Source of the DNA: Callorhinchus milii
Taxonomy: Eukaryota
Length of the DNA stretch: 64,000 nucleotides
Assembly: GCF_018977255.1 (NCBI RefSeq)
Contig: NW_024704743.1
Location: forward strand, 23,996,001 to 24,060,000
Direction: 5' to 3'
Shown here: in pieces, positions 13,950-27,751 of the stretch
Layout: every line of letters begins with the position of its first letter
Numbering within the stretch: position 1 is the first letter of the stretch
The notes under the pieces: model-generated
Database searches by the model: none
Told to the model about the DNA's origin: nothing
The model's input: only the letters and a program-made list of their open reading frames with translations
Translations under genes and position numbers: made by a program

Positions 13950-14270
13950 TATGTGTCAGCTTGGTTTGATTGCTAACATTCTCGCCTCTGAGTCAGAAAG
14001 GGACTTTGGGTAACACTCCACTGCAGTGCTGTGGGTGTTCTGCATTGACAGAGATGCTGTCCTTCTGAAACATTAAATCAAGGCTCCACCAACCTGTTCA
14101 AGTGGATGTTAAAGATCCCATGGCATGGTTCAAAAAGAGAACAGAGTTTCTCCTGCTCAGCAATCCCCCAAATAAAATCAGCAATTTCCTTCATGGCTGT
14201 TTGTGGGACATTGCTATGCACAAATTAGCTGCTGAGTTCGGCTACAAAGTATGTACTCACTACACTTAAT
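13950..14270 (+). mobile_element. Old Deu-domain-type SINE (SacSINE1/AmnSINE1-like)
   Basis: ctcgcctctgagtcagaa head; gtggatgttaaagatcccatggca core; ggctgtttgtgggacattgct; family assignment from recalled consensus. Confidence 0.7.
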
Positions 14271-14337
14271 AGTACAATCTTTTGAAGGCCAAAAATCTCA
14301 AGTTGTAAGATACTGCCTCTGTAATGATTGGCCCTGA

Positions 14338-14514
<177 letters not shown>

Positions 14515-14647
14515 TGAGACAGCACTCACTTTCCTCTGATGATGCACATCACAAGATCACTCAGCTATTATTGTGGCAAACATGCCATTGTGTGGACATT
14601 TTGGAAACAAATGAAAACAACTTTGCCAGACACTTGGCCACAAAGAT

Positions 14648-15040
14648 CAGCAACAGCAACAACAACTAATTACATTTGTATAGCTCCTTTCACATTGGGA
14701 GGACATCCCAAGGCGCTGGACAGTCAGGGATTTGGACCCGAGAAATTTGTTGCTGTTGTTGGGGAGGGAGGGTTGAGGGCAGGGAGGGTAGGAGGGTGGC
14801 TGAATGCGCGGTTGAGGAGGAGGGCCTTGAGACGTGCTTTGAAGGAGGCAAGGTAGGGAGCAAGATGAATGGATGTGTAATGGAGTTCCAAAGGGTGGGG
14901 ACGGAGAAGCTGAAGGCCTGACCGCCAATGGTGGAGCGGCGGGCCAGGCAGGGGACGTGGATCAGGGTGGAGCGGAGGGAGCGGACAAGTTGATATGGGG
15001 TTAGCAGGTCACAGAGGTAGGAAAGAGCAAGGCCATGAAT
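14648..15040 (-). mobile_element. L2 LINE 3' fragment
   Basis: (AAC)n tail; HGLALSYLCDLLTPYQ...GGQAFSFSVPTLWNSI. Confidence 0.85.
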
Positions 15041-15699
15041 ACGGTGCCTCATCACATTATCAAAGTTTCCCAAAATGCCTGCTTCACTGGAATTACCACT
15101 GGGACAGTGCTACATTGTCACTTGGAATCTGTCATCAGATGTATTTGTGGCAACATTTAAACACAAGACACAAAGTCCGTATACTACCAGCTCTCTGGAT
15201 TCCAGTAGCATAGCATAGTGCAGCAGCTTGTAACTTCTCACTGAGTCCCAGCTCATACAGTAAATGCCGAGGATCCCACAAAATGTGCCCTTTTTATTTT
15301 TGATTTGATTTTTCAAAGTATTGTGCAGCTCTTCATTGATCTGAGACAGGCAGAAAAACAATTCTTTACAGTTTGGGTTACAGCATGTGGATTTTAGCTT
15401 CTTTGCAATAACATTGCTACAGTAATCTACATAACTCACTTGACTGAGTGACTGAGAAGTGGCTGACATTCCCTGACTTAAATTTGCCAGCCTTTCCTAC
15501 ACTTTCCAATCGGTTATAGAGCCAGCGGTTGAGTGAGCTGCAATATGATTCAATGTGGCTGACACCAGGGCAGTGTCTGGGAAGGAGTAGGCAGGGACAG
15601 AGACAAGTGGCAGGAATGCATACATGAAATGGGTTGGGGTTTGGTTGAAGGAAGCAGGGAAGAGAATACTGAAGGTGGGAATGGGTACAGGGATCCAAT

Positions 15700-15915
15700 A
15701 TTACAATACAATACAAAATTACATTTGTATAGTGCCTTTCACCTCGGGAGGACATCCAAATGTGCTGGACCATCAGGGATTTGTACCCGAGAGGGGGGAT
15801 TGGGGTAACGGAGGATAGGAGGGTGGTCAAAGGCATGGTCGAAGAGGAGGGTCTTGAGACAAGCCTTGAAGGAGGCAAGAGAGGGAGCGAGGCGAAGGGA
15901 ATGTGGGATAGAGTT
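15700..15915 (-). mobile_element. L2 LINE 3' end
   Basis: SLASFKACLKTLLFDHAF plus L2 3' UTR stem-loop. Confidence 0.8.
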
Positions 15916-16984
15916 CAAGGAGGATCGTGGGAGAGGAGGGCAGAGCGGGAGTGATGCGGGGTAGAGGACAGGGATGGGGGCATTTGGGGGGAAAGATTGG
16001 GAGCAGCAGCCAAAATGCGCACGGCCAGATAGCGGAAGAGGGGATGAGGGCCAAAGGAGGCAGTTCTGCCCCATAGCTGATTCCACCCATTGTGTCGGTC
16101 GCACTCTCTTAATTCTTTCCCATTTCTCTGACTCTGCCTCCACTCTAACCATTTTCTCATTACATTAGGTGACAATCTTACTGAATTGTCTGCACTGCAG
16201 CTGAGGCAAACCGATTCTGTTAAGTGAAAAGGAGGAGTAATTTTTACTCTGCTGGAGGGGACACTTTCATCGACACTAACTATACGGAGAGAAAATTCAT
16301 TTAACTTGTAGCTTATAGCAGCCACGAGTACAAGATACCTAACGTGTCACTGCAGTGGTATTAAGTAGAGAGAGAGCATCACCTTGTTGCAAAACAAAAT
16401 TGAATTTTTTTTTGCAGACAAATGAGATGAATGCCTCATTGGCTTTAGCAGGACTGATAGCCATTGTGAGATGATTGAAAATCAGCGCTGAGAGCCAATG
16501 TGACCATTTTTCCGAGAACGAGACATCTGTACTGGCGTGTCATCCAAATGAGGGAGTGCGCTGTGAAAGTTAAATGATTCATACAATGCCACCAGGAACC
16601 TTCAGGGCAGATCTGCAACATCGACAGTTACCACCATGGTGAGGTGGGGAGGGCTGTCTAATTTGCTGGCTGTGTTAACTATCTAGGTGTAAACGTGTCG
16701 TGTGTAAAGAAGGAACTACCAGTGCCCTGAATCGTGTCATTAATAATCAATGTAAAGGTTTTCAGATGATTGTAGGCTCCTTTCTGGATTATTAGTTACA
16801 TTATTAAGGGTACCTATAGTTCCCAATTTACACATGTATTTACCCACGGTTAACAAAACCCGCAAATTAGACCCCACTGAAGAGGTCCTGATTTGTATTC
16901 AGAATGTCTTTCACTATTAGTTGAAGGAAAGTCTATGCAACGCTTCCAGTGCAGAGGAAAATGCACACTAGAAGCTGTGTTAGT

Positions 16985-17160
16985 TAACATAACATGTAGG
17001 AGCAGGAGTAGGCCATTCAGCCCTTCGAGCCTGCCCCGCCATTCAATCATGGCTGATCTTCTAATCTAACTCCAGCTAATAACCTAACCCTGCCTTATCC
17101 CCGTATCCCTTAATTCCTTTTGCAATAAGAAATCTATCTATCTCAGTCTTGAATATTGCA
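16985..17160 (-). mobile_element. CR1 LINE 3' end
   Basis: aggagtaggccattcagcccttcgagcctgccccgccattcaat..catggctgatc; same family as 20885-21425. Confidence 0.8.
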
Positions 17161-17164
17161 CACT

Positions 17165-17462
17165 GCTTTGTCCCACAAACAGTAATGAAGTGAATGACCA
17201 ATTTTTATTTTGTTAGCCAGGAGAAACTCTGTTCGTTTTTCAAATAGTACCATGGGATCTTTAACATCCACCTGACCAGGCAGACGGGACCTCAGATTAG
17301 CATCTCATCTAAAGAACAGCTCCTCCCAACAATGCAGCACACCCCTAGCACTGCATTGGAGTATCAGCCTAGCCTATGAGTTCAAAGACCCTAATATGGG
17401 GCCTGAACCCACAACCTTCTGGCTCAGAGAGTCAGCTATCAACTGAGCCAGGCTGACACATA
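17165..17462 (-). mobile_element. Old Deu-domain-type SINE
   Basis: catgggatctttaacatccacctg = reverse complement of the core at 14100; tRNA-like head near 17400-17460. Confidence 0.7.
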
Positions 17463-17489
17463 TGATCTTCCTTAGAACGACCTGAATGC

Positions 17490-17760
17490 CCCAACATTGG
17501 AGTTTGGGCTTTCAGCTTTTCTGACCTCAATCTCTGGAACACCATCCCTGAATCCCTCCGCCTCACACTCTCCCTCACCTCCTTCAAGGCCCATCTCAAG
17601 ACTCCTCTTTGACCATGCCTTCGCCTACACTCCTACCCCCACTATCCTCTACCCCTCTTGATTCCAACCCCCAGCTTGGGTCCAAACCCTTAACAGTTCT
17701 GTGTTTTGGGACGTCCTTCCGACGTGAAAGGCACTATTTAAGTGTAATTTGTTGTTGTTG
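17490..17760 (+). mobile_element. L2 LINE 3' fragment
   Basis: gggctttcagc...ctctggaac...ccttcaaggcccatctcaagac; stem-loop and (TTG)n tail. Confidence 0.85.
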
Positions 17761-18185
17761 AATTTAGCTGAAGTGAGGCAAAGCTGGAGCTACAGTGTTT
17801 CAAATGATGAGTAACTCACCCACTGCTTGTGTATGGCTTGCTTCCACTCAATGATCCAGAACGTGTAAGTGATCACTGCTTGGGCGTTGGTGAAGCTGTG
17901 AAATTGATCTGAAAAAGCTTTAAGCAGCGGGTTTTCCCCTATGAGCACCCCTCTTAAAATTCCATTTGTTACAAAGAGTTATCATTGACTTTAATATCCT
18001 TTTGGGTTTTGTGAGCCTTTCTGCTGATTTTCAGTATTTCTATTATAGCAGTGCCTTCCTATATCATGCCTGTCCACCAGCCTCATTTACAGTCACACAA
18101 ATGACCTGTCATTAATCCGCAAGTGGGGGATTGTCACTAATTTTAACACACTGTAGGACACAGTAACTATTTACATTTATTTTTT

Positions 18186-18507
18186 GTGGAGTCCTGTATC
18201 TCAGTGGTTAGAGCACTCGCTTTGCAAGCGAGAGATCGGAGTTCAATTCCAGGCAGGGCGAAACCTTGGGCAAGTTTCCTTACTCCACACAGAGCCTAAT
18301 AATAATCCCTCCAAAACCAAAAACAATAATAAAAATTGGTCATTTTCAATCTACGACTGTTTGTGGGACATTGCTGTGCGCAATTGGCTGCCGCGTTCGC
18401 CCACAAATATAGTCAATTCACTTTACATTGTGTTCTGTGAAGCGCTTTGGGACATCCTCCCGACATGAAAAGCGCTAAATCAAATGCAAGGATTATTATT
18501 ATTATTA
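18186..18507 (+). mobile_element. Full-length young tRNA-derived SINE
   Basis: gtggagtcctgta.ctcagtggttagagc (A box), gttcaattcc (B box), L2-like tail, (TTA)n. Confidence 0.93.
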
Positions 18508-20697
18508 TACCCAACGTTTCTGGCCAGAACGACTCGAAAGTGCTTCACACAGCTGACTGAGAGCCTGAGCTAGACGGATAGCCTGAGCTGGAGGGCGATA
18601 TTATTTCTGAAAAGAAATCTAGGACCGGTGAGCAAAACCGTTCAGCAAGTCAGGTCGTCAATATTAATCATCTCATGCTTTGAACCCAGCTTTGCCCCTG
18701 AGACTCAAATGGTCTGGCTTTGCTGCACTTATTTCACACGTGCCCAGTTTTATTGAGAATGCTCTGAAGCTTTGTTAGAACTAGGAGAACAGTTTACCTG
18801 GAAGTAATTTCACAGTTTTAAACTTGAAGCTTCAGGGTAGAAAAATTCTAATCATCATTAGATTTCAGTATGTCAGAATAAGAGCATTGAACTGAAATTA
18901 ACTAAACGGAAAATGCATCAACCTTGTCTGTGATTAACTACTCAAAGTTAATTCCCAATACAGGGTTTATTTTAAATTAAATTTAACCTTGCCACAAACC
19001 CACTAAAGCAGATGTGAAATCCTGTGTGAATGTTGCATTGCTGAACATTTTATGGAAATAGACTTCATAGCAGCTACAGGCTGGAGAGTGGCTGAATGCC
19101 ATGTGCACTGGGAGTCTCTCTAGTCCTGTTTGTAGACCTGTATGGATGCTGCTAGAAGCGTCATAGGTGGTAACAAGATCAAGCCAGCCATGCATTTATT
19201 TCACAGCTACTGTTCATTTTTCTTGTTCAAAACCCTGCTGGAGCTAAGGTCAGGCTCTAATCTGTGCAGTTTTGCAAAGAAACTGTCCATTGTTAAGCTG
19301 TGTTTTGTCCTTTTGGAGCAGCCAAGAGACCCAGACTGGTAATAGATTTTGATGGAGGGAACAGGGAATGAAAAGATGCCATCTTTCCCTTTTACTGGCC
19401 AGATTAGCATCTGTGTTCTCGGAAAAACCTATCTGGAACGAGCGCTTGGATGTCTCGTCTGGCAGTGATGCTTTCCAGGAGCAATCACAGTGAGATCAGA
19501 TATCGAGGAACAGAATATTAAGTCTCCAGAACTCTGCATACAGCTTTTAGATGTTTCTTGTAAACCCCTTTTTGGTAAAAATATTACAAAATGCTACAAA
19601 TAGGAAGATTCAGATGGGCACTTTAAATTCTGGGGTGTCGAACTCCACCTGCAAAATTATAGTAGTGTTCTGTAAATCCTGAATGCCAAAGTATGACATG
19701 AAGCCATTTCATTACTTACCAGGTTTGCTCTTTCAGCGTTTTATTTCACCTATTTCAATCTGCTTTACAGTATATCCCCTTAAGCGCTTTGAGATGTCTC
19801 AACAACACGATAAGGCTCTACATCAACTGGAAGGATTATTTATTATTATTATTATATTTCTTCTTAGAATGAAAGATAATTTCCAGTGTTTGTAAACGCC
19901 ATCCATCGTCTTGAGTGGGAACGTGCACACACTTTCTGTCTCAGTATTCCCAATGTGTAATTTTGGGATCGCAGGAAGTCACATCTGCTGCTGCTGTTGC
20001 CTGGCGATACTGCATCCCGTCACCATGGTAATTTGGGATCTGTCGCCATGGTAATGCTGCATCCTTTCACTATGCCAACCTTCAGAATTGCGGTCATCTT
20101 CTCTCTGAACGTTTTTGTGAATTTTTACCGAAGCGCTCTGGGACGCTGCGCTGCGTGAGGGGTGCTTTATAAGTGCGAGTTGTTGTTGTTGTTGAATCCC
20201 GCAGTTTCAGTGTCAAGTGGAAGTCTCTTTTAGCGCAGCACCGTCCAATTTTTGAACCTCACGTTTTCAGCCCCTTGATTAACCCCGGACTTTCCTGCCC
20301 TGTGACAGTTAGAGCTATACAGAAAAAATGTTAAGCAACCAAAAGGTAATTTATGGCAAAGAACACAAAACCTACAGGAAAAAAAACTCCGGAGAAACAA
20401 ACCCAAACTACATTCTCTATATTAAAACATAACTATTTAAAGTACATTTACTCTTCAGCAATTTCTTACTCACATTGTTGGGCAGATCTCTTAGACAATG
20501 CACTACGTTTCCTTCCCTATTTTCTTTCTCGTCTCTTCTAAAGTTATTGACTTGTGCTGGGCTACAGTTCCATGTCTGCCAGCGCCCCTCTGGTTCCTCT
20601 CCCAATGCGTGTGAGTGTCCGCAGGCTGTTTGCCTGAATATTTTATTCTAAGAATCCAGAAAGGTGTTGTGATAACCTTGTGCTCTCTCATTTATAG

Positions 20698-20829
20698 CGA
20701 GTGCCCCAGCCTCTCCTCGGGAGATGATTGGGTTAAAGGAACGAAAGACAGACTACGAGACAACTGGGACAATCTCTGGTTACCATGGAAGCAAAGGAGA
20801 GCACACTTCCAGGAAGGATACTTTACCAG
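20698..20829 (+). CDS. CTNND2: Delta-catenin internal coding exon (third from last), 132 nt
   Basis: tttatAG / GTtagt; translates (A)[43 protein letters not shown](A); phase 1 to 1. Confidence 0.95.
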
Positions 20830-20884
20830 GTTAGTGAGCCACAAATCTCTGCAAGAAGATGTTCAGTAGGGGGACTAAAGCGTA

Positions 20885-21425
20885 ACATAAGAAATAGGAG
20901 TAGGCCATTCGGCCCCTCGAGCCTGCCCCGCCCTTTAATAAGATCATGGCTGATCTTCTAACCTAATTCCATTTACCCGCCCTATCCCCATATCCCTTAA
21001 TCCCTTCAGTTTTTAAAAATCTATCGATCTCAGTCTTGAATATGTTCAAGGACTGAGCATCCACAGCCTTCTGGGGTAGAGAATTCCATAAATTCACTAC
21101 CCTCTAAGTGAAGAAATGTTTTTTTAACACCGTTCTAAAGGGTTTACCGTTAATCTTGAGAATATGACCCCTAGTTTTAGATTCTCCAACCAGGGGAAAC
21201 AGTCTCACACTACCTGCCCTGTCAAGACCTTTATGAATCTCGGTTTCTATAAGATCAACTCTAATTCTTCTATATTCTAGAGAATATAGGCCTAGTCTAC
21301 TCAACCTCTCCTCGTAGGTCCTACGTTGAACCTACGTTGCACCCCCTCTAAGGTGAATATATCCTTTCTTAGATAAGGAGACCAAAACTGCACACAATAT
21401 TCCAGGTGCGGTCTCACCAAGGCCC
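20885..21425 (-). mobile_element. CR1 LINE 3' fragment
   Basis: ORF 21104..21304 RLGLYSLEYRRIRVDLIE...ESKTRGHILKI...KKHFFT; CR1 3' UTR. Confidence 0.9.
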
Positions 21426-21819
21426 GAATATGTTAATTAATATCCAGCTACAAAACTGGCTACTCTGAATTTATCTCCTCCCTCCCTTCCTCCTTTGTTT
21501 CCTTCCTTAACGCACCACACCATCTCTTGCTGGAGTAATATTCCACAGCCCTTCAGTTAACCACACAAGTCCCTATTCGTGTGGTTAGGAGAATTGTTTT
21601 CATTGCACAAATACTGATTAGATCATTAATGGCTAGAAATTCCACGGAGAATTACTCTGCATTTCACAGAGTCTAGAATTTGGCAAATTCTTAAATTCAG
21701 CCTAAATGTTGAAACCAGTTGTCCGTAAGCTCTTAAGAACCACAGAATGCCGACTTCAAAGTTAAAACTGAATTCAACCATTTGCTCCATTCTGCACACT
21801 CAAGAATGCTACATAATAG

Positions 21820-22015
21820 AGTTGTGGAATTTCTCCCCACAAATGCCCTGTGAAAATCACTGAATCCATAATAGCTTTAAAACAGAAGTAGACAAATACT
21901 TGATAAGGAAACATATAAAAGTATATGGGACGTGGGGCTAAATAGATATCTCTTTCAAAGAACCGCCACAGACACGGGTGGCTGCGCTGTGCTCGACCAT
22001 TCTGTGCTTCTATGC
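21820..22015 (+). mobile_element. Degenerate CR1 3' fragment
   Basis: ttgtggaat...tttaaaacagaagtagacaaatacttg...aagaaccgccacagacacg...ttctatg resembles a CR1 ORF2 end and 3' UTR. Confidence 0.55.
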
Positions 22016-22944
22016 ATGCGTCAGGAAGCTACAGTATTTAACTGTGAATCATTGCAGGCAAATTACAATCGTATCTTCACCCAAATCTTTATGTACAGTT
22101 TCCACTGGGGATCTTCAGACTGGATGGGAACTGGAGACAGAAATCCTGGCTGAATTTTCTCCTTCCCTAGCTCAGGATCTGTGAGGCCGCATATAGTGTT
22201 TCATCTGCTGTCCGTATTAGTTCAGCTCATTAAGTATAGTCCAAGGCTCAAATAATTCAGCACCACACCACCTCCCACTCAATCAATAAAGCATGATGGA
22301 GGTTGAAGTACTATAAAGTAGAACAAACTCGATGTTGTTGCAAATAAATAAATAAATGCGACTGTGTTTGATCTCTGAACCATGTCCTTAATTTTGTTAG
22401 TTTGGTTCTATATCTATCAAATCTCAAGATCTGATACAGATCTAATATCTAACCATAGTCTGAGGTTTTTGGACAGTCTGAAATTAAATGTAATTCTGAA
22501 CTGTATATCACCCTCACACATTTCTACATTCGCATTAAAATTCAACGGGGAACATTACCTTTGAGAGGGCAGACAGATTGACAAGCACCGTAATCTGTGC
22601 AACACAGTGGGGAACGTCTCACAGGTTTGGAATTCTCAAACATTGATATGTAGGATACCCATGGTGAGTTGTTTGTTTTGCTTGATTTCATGCTGTTGCT
22701 GTTTGCATCAAGTGAACTCACCATTGTAGGAAAAGTTGAATCAAAAGGGGACTTTTTTTTAGGGAAAAAATCTGGCTCCAAGTGTCAGAACCAGTGAATT
22801 ATCTGATCTATCTTATCTCAGCTTTCATTTGACTCATTGTTGTCACTAAATGGCTAGCAATCCTGTAGCAGTGGTGGCTTATCATAAAAGATTAGGATAG
22901 CCAAGGTTCCCCACTTTGTTTTGAGAGGGGATGGGACATTCCAT

Positions 22945-23400
22945 AGATTGTTCAGCATCAGAATAGGCCATTCGGCCCAACTAGTCTATCATTTTTTATA
23001 CACACAAGCCTCCAGCCATCCAAATCCCCTCCTATGTATGCTTGGGATTCCTATTAAATGCATTGATGCTTTCTGCTTCAACCACAGCTTTAGCAGTGAA
23101 TTCCAGTGCTCCGAGATGCTATCCCAGGTGAAGGGCACTATATAAATGCAAGCTGTTGTTCCACATTCTCACCACCCTCAGTGTAAAGAAGTTCTTCCTA
23201 AACAAGTGGAAACAACCTGTTAATGTCCAACGTACTGAACTATTTCATCATTTTAAATACTTCTATTGGGTTCTCTCAAACATCTTACCTTTGGAGAAAA
23301 AAGCTATTCAGTCCTTCTTGCCAGTTGTATCCTCTCATCACTTGAAATATCCTCATAAATCTATTTTGACATTCACTATACAGAAGCTGCAAAAGATCTT
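22945..23400 (-). mobile_element. Degenerate CR1 fragment interrupted by an L2/SINE-like tail
   Basis: aggccattcggccca, ttccacattctcaccaccctcagtgtaaagaagtt. Confidence 0.55.
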
Positions 23401-26400
23401 TCATACCTAGAGACTTTGTGAATTTGCATAGGGGGCATAATAGGGTCACTAGCTGATCTCAAGAAGCTGTACATTCCAAACAACTACAGAATACATTTGT
23501 ATTTTGTATCTTATTATTATATTTTGTGTCTTTACAATAAAGCCTATAGGGTCTGGCACATGCCATCTCCCAAGCAAGCCAGTGAATGTTAGACGGGTTA
23601 GAGATCTCATTGGGGCAACCAATTGCGCACAGCAGTGTCCCACAAACAGTCGTGGATTGAATGACCAAATTATTATTCATTTATTTATTTACTTACTTCC
23701 CGGTATTTCATATTCTATGGTAAATGCATCAAAAAAGGTAGAGCTCAGAAGGCAGCAGGAGTGAAAGTATTTATGAACTTCATCTGAACCCTCAGTTATA
23801 TTATCATTTTGAAATACACAATGGCATAAATTGGTTATTTTTTTCAAATATATACAATATATTACTGCTTGAATGGTGTTTGAGGAATAAGCATAGGAGC
23901 ACAGAAGATAGATTTAAATGGATGAGTGTGCGTATGTATTGGACTCAAACTAAAGTAATATGATGCCACGTTATTTAAACTAAGCTATTTCACTGTTGGA
24001 TAAACATTGCACATAATCACATGGATAACTACTGAGCTGTGATGACATGAAATATTAAACAGCACAAATACTTGTATCGGATTCATGCAACACCCCCAAT
24101 TAACTTACCCAGTTTATACGCACTGGTGCAACTCGGTAACCACAAGTTTGCATATAGAGAGGAAAAGCAGTGTGTAGCCAAATAAATCTGTCTTGGTTAG
24201 GCGTGTAGCTATGGTAGGAATCGATCTAATATGTATTATAGAGTCAAATAGTTATTTCATATGTTGTCATGTTTAAGCTGTGGCTTCAAATTGAAGTCTG
24301 AAACTTGTAGGACTTTAGTTGGTAGAACCAAATTCGGTTCCATATTACTCCTGACCTCTCAGTCCCCTTGCTTGTCTTGCTCCACTAATTAGGCTTAGTA
24401 CTCTTCATTCACTTGTCAAGTTACCAGCTTTGTGTCGTGCCTGTCTCACACTGGACTCAAATACATTCTTTGCCATTCTTAATTGCAATTTTCAGTCTTT
24501 ACTCAGCTCTGCGGTTATTGAAGGAACTGCCATCATTAGTGTCAACCTAATGTGACCTCAAGATTCAGAAGAAAAGAGACTGCGTATCAGATTGGACTAG
24601 CACTGATAGTATTGGCAGAAATGTCAGGAATCTGAAGAAACTCTGGAGCTACTCCCTCTTAAAATAAAACCAAAAGACTAGGGGCTGAAACAGACCAATC
24701 CTACCTGGCACAAATATAAATATTAGTCAGTTATTGGAGTCTCTTAAAATTGGTGTTTCTTTTTCATATTTAATAATGTTAAAGGCCTTCACGGTTAATT
24801 CTTTACAGTAAAACTCGAATAATTCCTACCCTTTTATATTGTATAATCGGCCAGTACATTCACCCAAATCCAATTCAGTTTTCTATCAACGTCACCTATA
24901 TTTCTTTGCAGTACTCGCATTAATTACCTCTTAACTCGGAAAGCTGTTCCCCTCCCCTTCATTACTCCAGCAGTTACCAACTGCAATGAATCCCAGAAAT
25001 CATGTCCTAACCCATCTATAAATGCGCATTTATTGACACAATGAATCATGAAAAACGTAGTCTTGACCCATCGCTACATGCACAATCAGCTGCAATGAAT
25101 TATGCATGCGAAGTGGAGATTATTGGTTAAATTGGATTTTATACGACTTATGCAGTTTGTCTGCATGTAAGTCATATTAAATATTATAGTCCCAACTAAT
25201 ACAACTTATGTGAATTTTACTGTAAGTTTTACAGGTAAGCTGACAGCTCGTTTAACATTTTGTGTTGATATTTTGTGTTCTCCTAACTGCACGTAGCTGA
25301 TGAGTCCAGAATTGCAGGCATAACTTTGATCTCAGAAACCAGAAAGTGCTGTTGTGTCCTTTATTGAGAATGATATCATGAAATGCCCTTTGCATCAATT
25401 TCTTGGAATTGTATAGAGAGACAACATTAAATAGTGAAATCTTAAATTTAATAAAATGTTGCTGAAAAACTTGGAGAGCTGATTCAAAACAGAGGAGGAG
25501 GCTGTTCACAGACACATAATTGTAAGTGACAGTTCTAGTAGGACTTTTTTTACCTGAAAGTCAGTGACTCCTCAATTTGCAGATTTTTGTGTTAAAAGAT
25601 AGAAAACAAGCAACAAAAAAGAGACCATCATGTCTGAATGAGAGACCTTTTCCTCTAAAGAAATTATGTCCAATTAGTATAGTTAAATAATAATTTGAGG
25701 TTTTTTTTTAAGATGAGGGATGAGCAATTCGACGAGGTAGGCTTGAAAAAGCTTTTGATTGTCTAATAATAACCATTACAAAGCCCGTTACAAATAGATT
25801 GCTTGCTTCTGCCTCACCTAAAAGCACTTTGTGTATGAGCTGTTGTCATAAGCCCAAAGAGATTGTAAATGGTGAATGAAAAAACTGTACATTTTTAGCA
25901 AAAATATGAATCTGGCTCATCTCAGGGCAGTAATGGACTAGGTGATATGCATCCCTCAAACTTTTATGGCGTTAGGTTCCATTTGCTGAAACCCATGATA
26001 AACACTTGTGTTTCTTTTAATAACAATATAATAATAATCCTTGCATTTGATATAGCGCCTTATCGCGTCTTCGAGACGTCTCAAAGTGCTTCACAGTAAA
26101 GTGAATTGACTATATATTTTGTGGGCGAAATGCGGCAGCTAATTGCGCACAGCTTTCTTTCAGTCAGGTACCATAAAGTTATCTGTTCATTCACTGGGAA
26201 TGTGCGATGAGAGAAGGTTTGATGGGACTCACTGTGATCACTAACTTAAAACCCTGCAAAAACAAAATGATTGTAATGAACAATCCCCATGCAATTATGA
26301 CATTGAGACTGAGCGTCTGATATCATAAAACATCTAAGGATATTCTGAGAGGGCAAATCTTCATTATAGTTCATTATAATATATATTGGACCCTGCTTTA

Positions 26401-27328
26401 GAATAGAAAAATATTGCTCCTCTGCTATGAATCAGGTAATTATTATTCTGGAGCTTTGATTTGACTGTAGCCTCCCACAGATTTCGAGCAATGCTCTCTT
26501 AGCCCCGCTTCTAATTGCGGTTAACCACGGTTTCCATTTGGTTGAGATCATAGTACGTGCTGGAGAGGACACTCGGTGGCTGTCAGTGATCGCACTGCTT
26601 AGCTGTTCAAATGACATGATGAACTGTGAGAATGAGGCTGTGGGAGTTTGTTCTCAGCTCAGTCCTGAGATCTGACAACATTGTATAATTCATGCATCAG
26701 GCGCTGCTATTATTAACATAGTACAGAGGATAGCAAACATTTCAAAGAAGAAAAACACTCCCCTCCCTGGGAATAGCTTTGATGAAGTTCCACGTGACAA
26801 GGCACCTCATAGCAGATCAGGAGCAGGTCTGTGAAATAAGATCTTGTAACAGATGTGGTTGTTCTGGGATGATGAAAATCACTCTCTTAATAAAATAATT
26901 TTGGAGGGGGTATTACGGTATTGAATGACTTAACGGCTGTGATTTCAGATGATACATGCATAAACTAATTGAGCTTTGCTACAACAGCTTATAATGTCAC
27001 CTGAATGTTCTACATTAAATTACAGCCATGACTCACTGCTAATCATCTATACACCACAAGTACCAGATTTGAATTGCATCCTGCATTACAATATGCAGAT
27101 AGACAACTTATTTTAATATATTGCCGTGGCTGTTTTATATGCTGACAGTACAAAGGCTCAATCACTGTGTATGACCTACTGAACAGTATGCCTCAGCCTT
27201 TTTTTTCACCATTATACAGTAAACTCCTGATAACTTGTTCCTGGCTTAACTTGTCACTACCACTTAAGTCATCATGCTGCCAATATCCCAGCTGCATTTA
27301 TTCATGTGTTTATATTTCGTGTATGCTT

Positions 27329-27651
27329 GTGGAGTCCTGTAGCTCAGTGGTTAGAGCACTCGCCTTGCAAGCGAGACACCTGGGTTCAATTCCAGGCAGA
27401 GGGCGAAACCTTGGGCAAGTTTCCTTACTCCACACTCCTAATAATAATCCCTCCAAAACAAAAAAAATAATAAATTGGTCATTTTCAATCCACGACTGTT
27501 TGTGGGACACTGCTGTGCGCAATTGGCTGCCACGTTTTGCCCACAAAATATACGGTCAATTCACTTTACAGTCTATTCTGTGAAGCACATTGAGACGTCT
27601 AGAAGACGAGAAAAACACTATATCAAATGCAAGGATTATTATTATTATTAT
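27329..27651 (+). mobile_element. Full-length young tRNA-derived SINE about 100 bp upstream of a CTNND2 exon
   Basis: Intact A/B boxes, body, (TTA)n tail. Confidence 0.93.
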
Positions 27652-27751
27652 GCCTAACTCGCTGCCCCAGATATATCATTACTGAGCCCTTTTCCCTTGG
27701 AGTGAAGAGTTATCAGGAGTTTACTGTACATGTTTTTCTATCTTTGAACAG

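Noticed and set aside
18186..18260. tRNA-Ala(TGC) genes at SINE heads
   Set aside because: Each continues into SINE body and LINE-like tail; no T-run terminator after the tRNA-like part
22256..22272. REST/RE1 site
   Set aside because: Only the left half TTCAGCACC is present; no GGACAG right half
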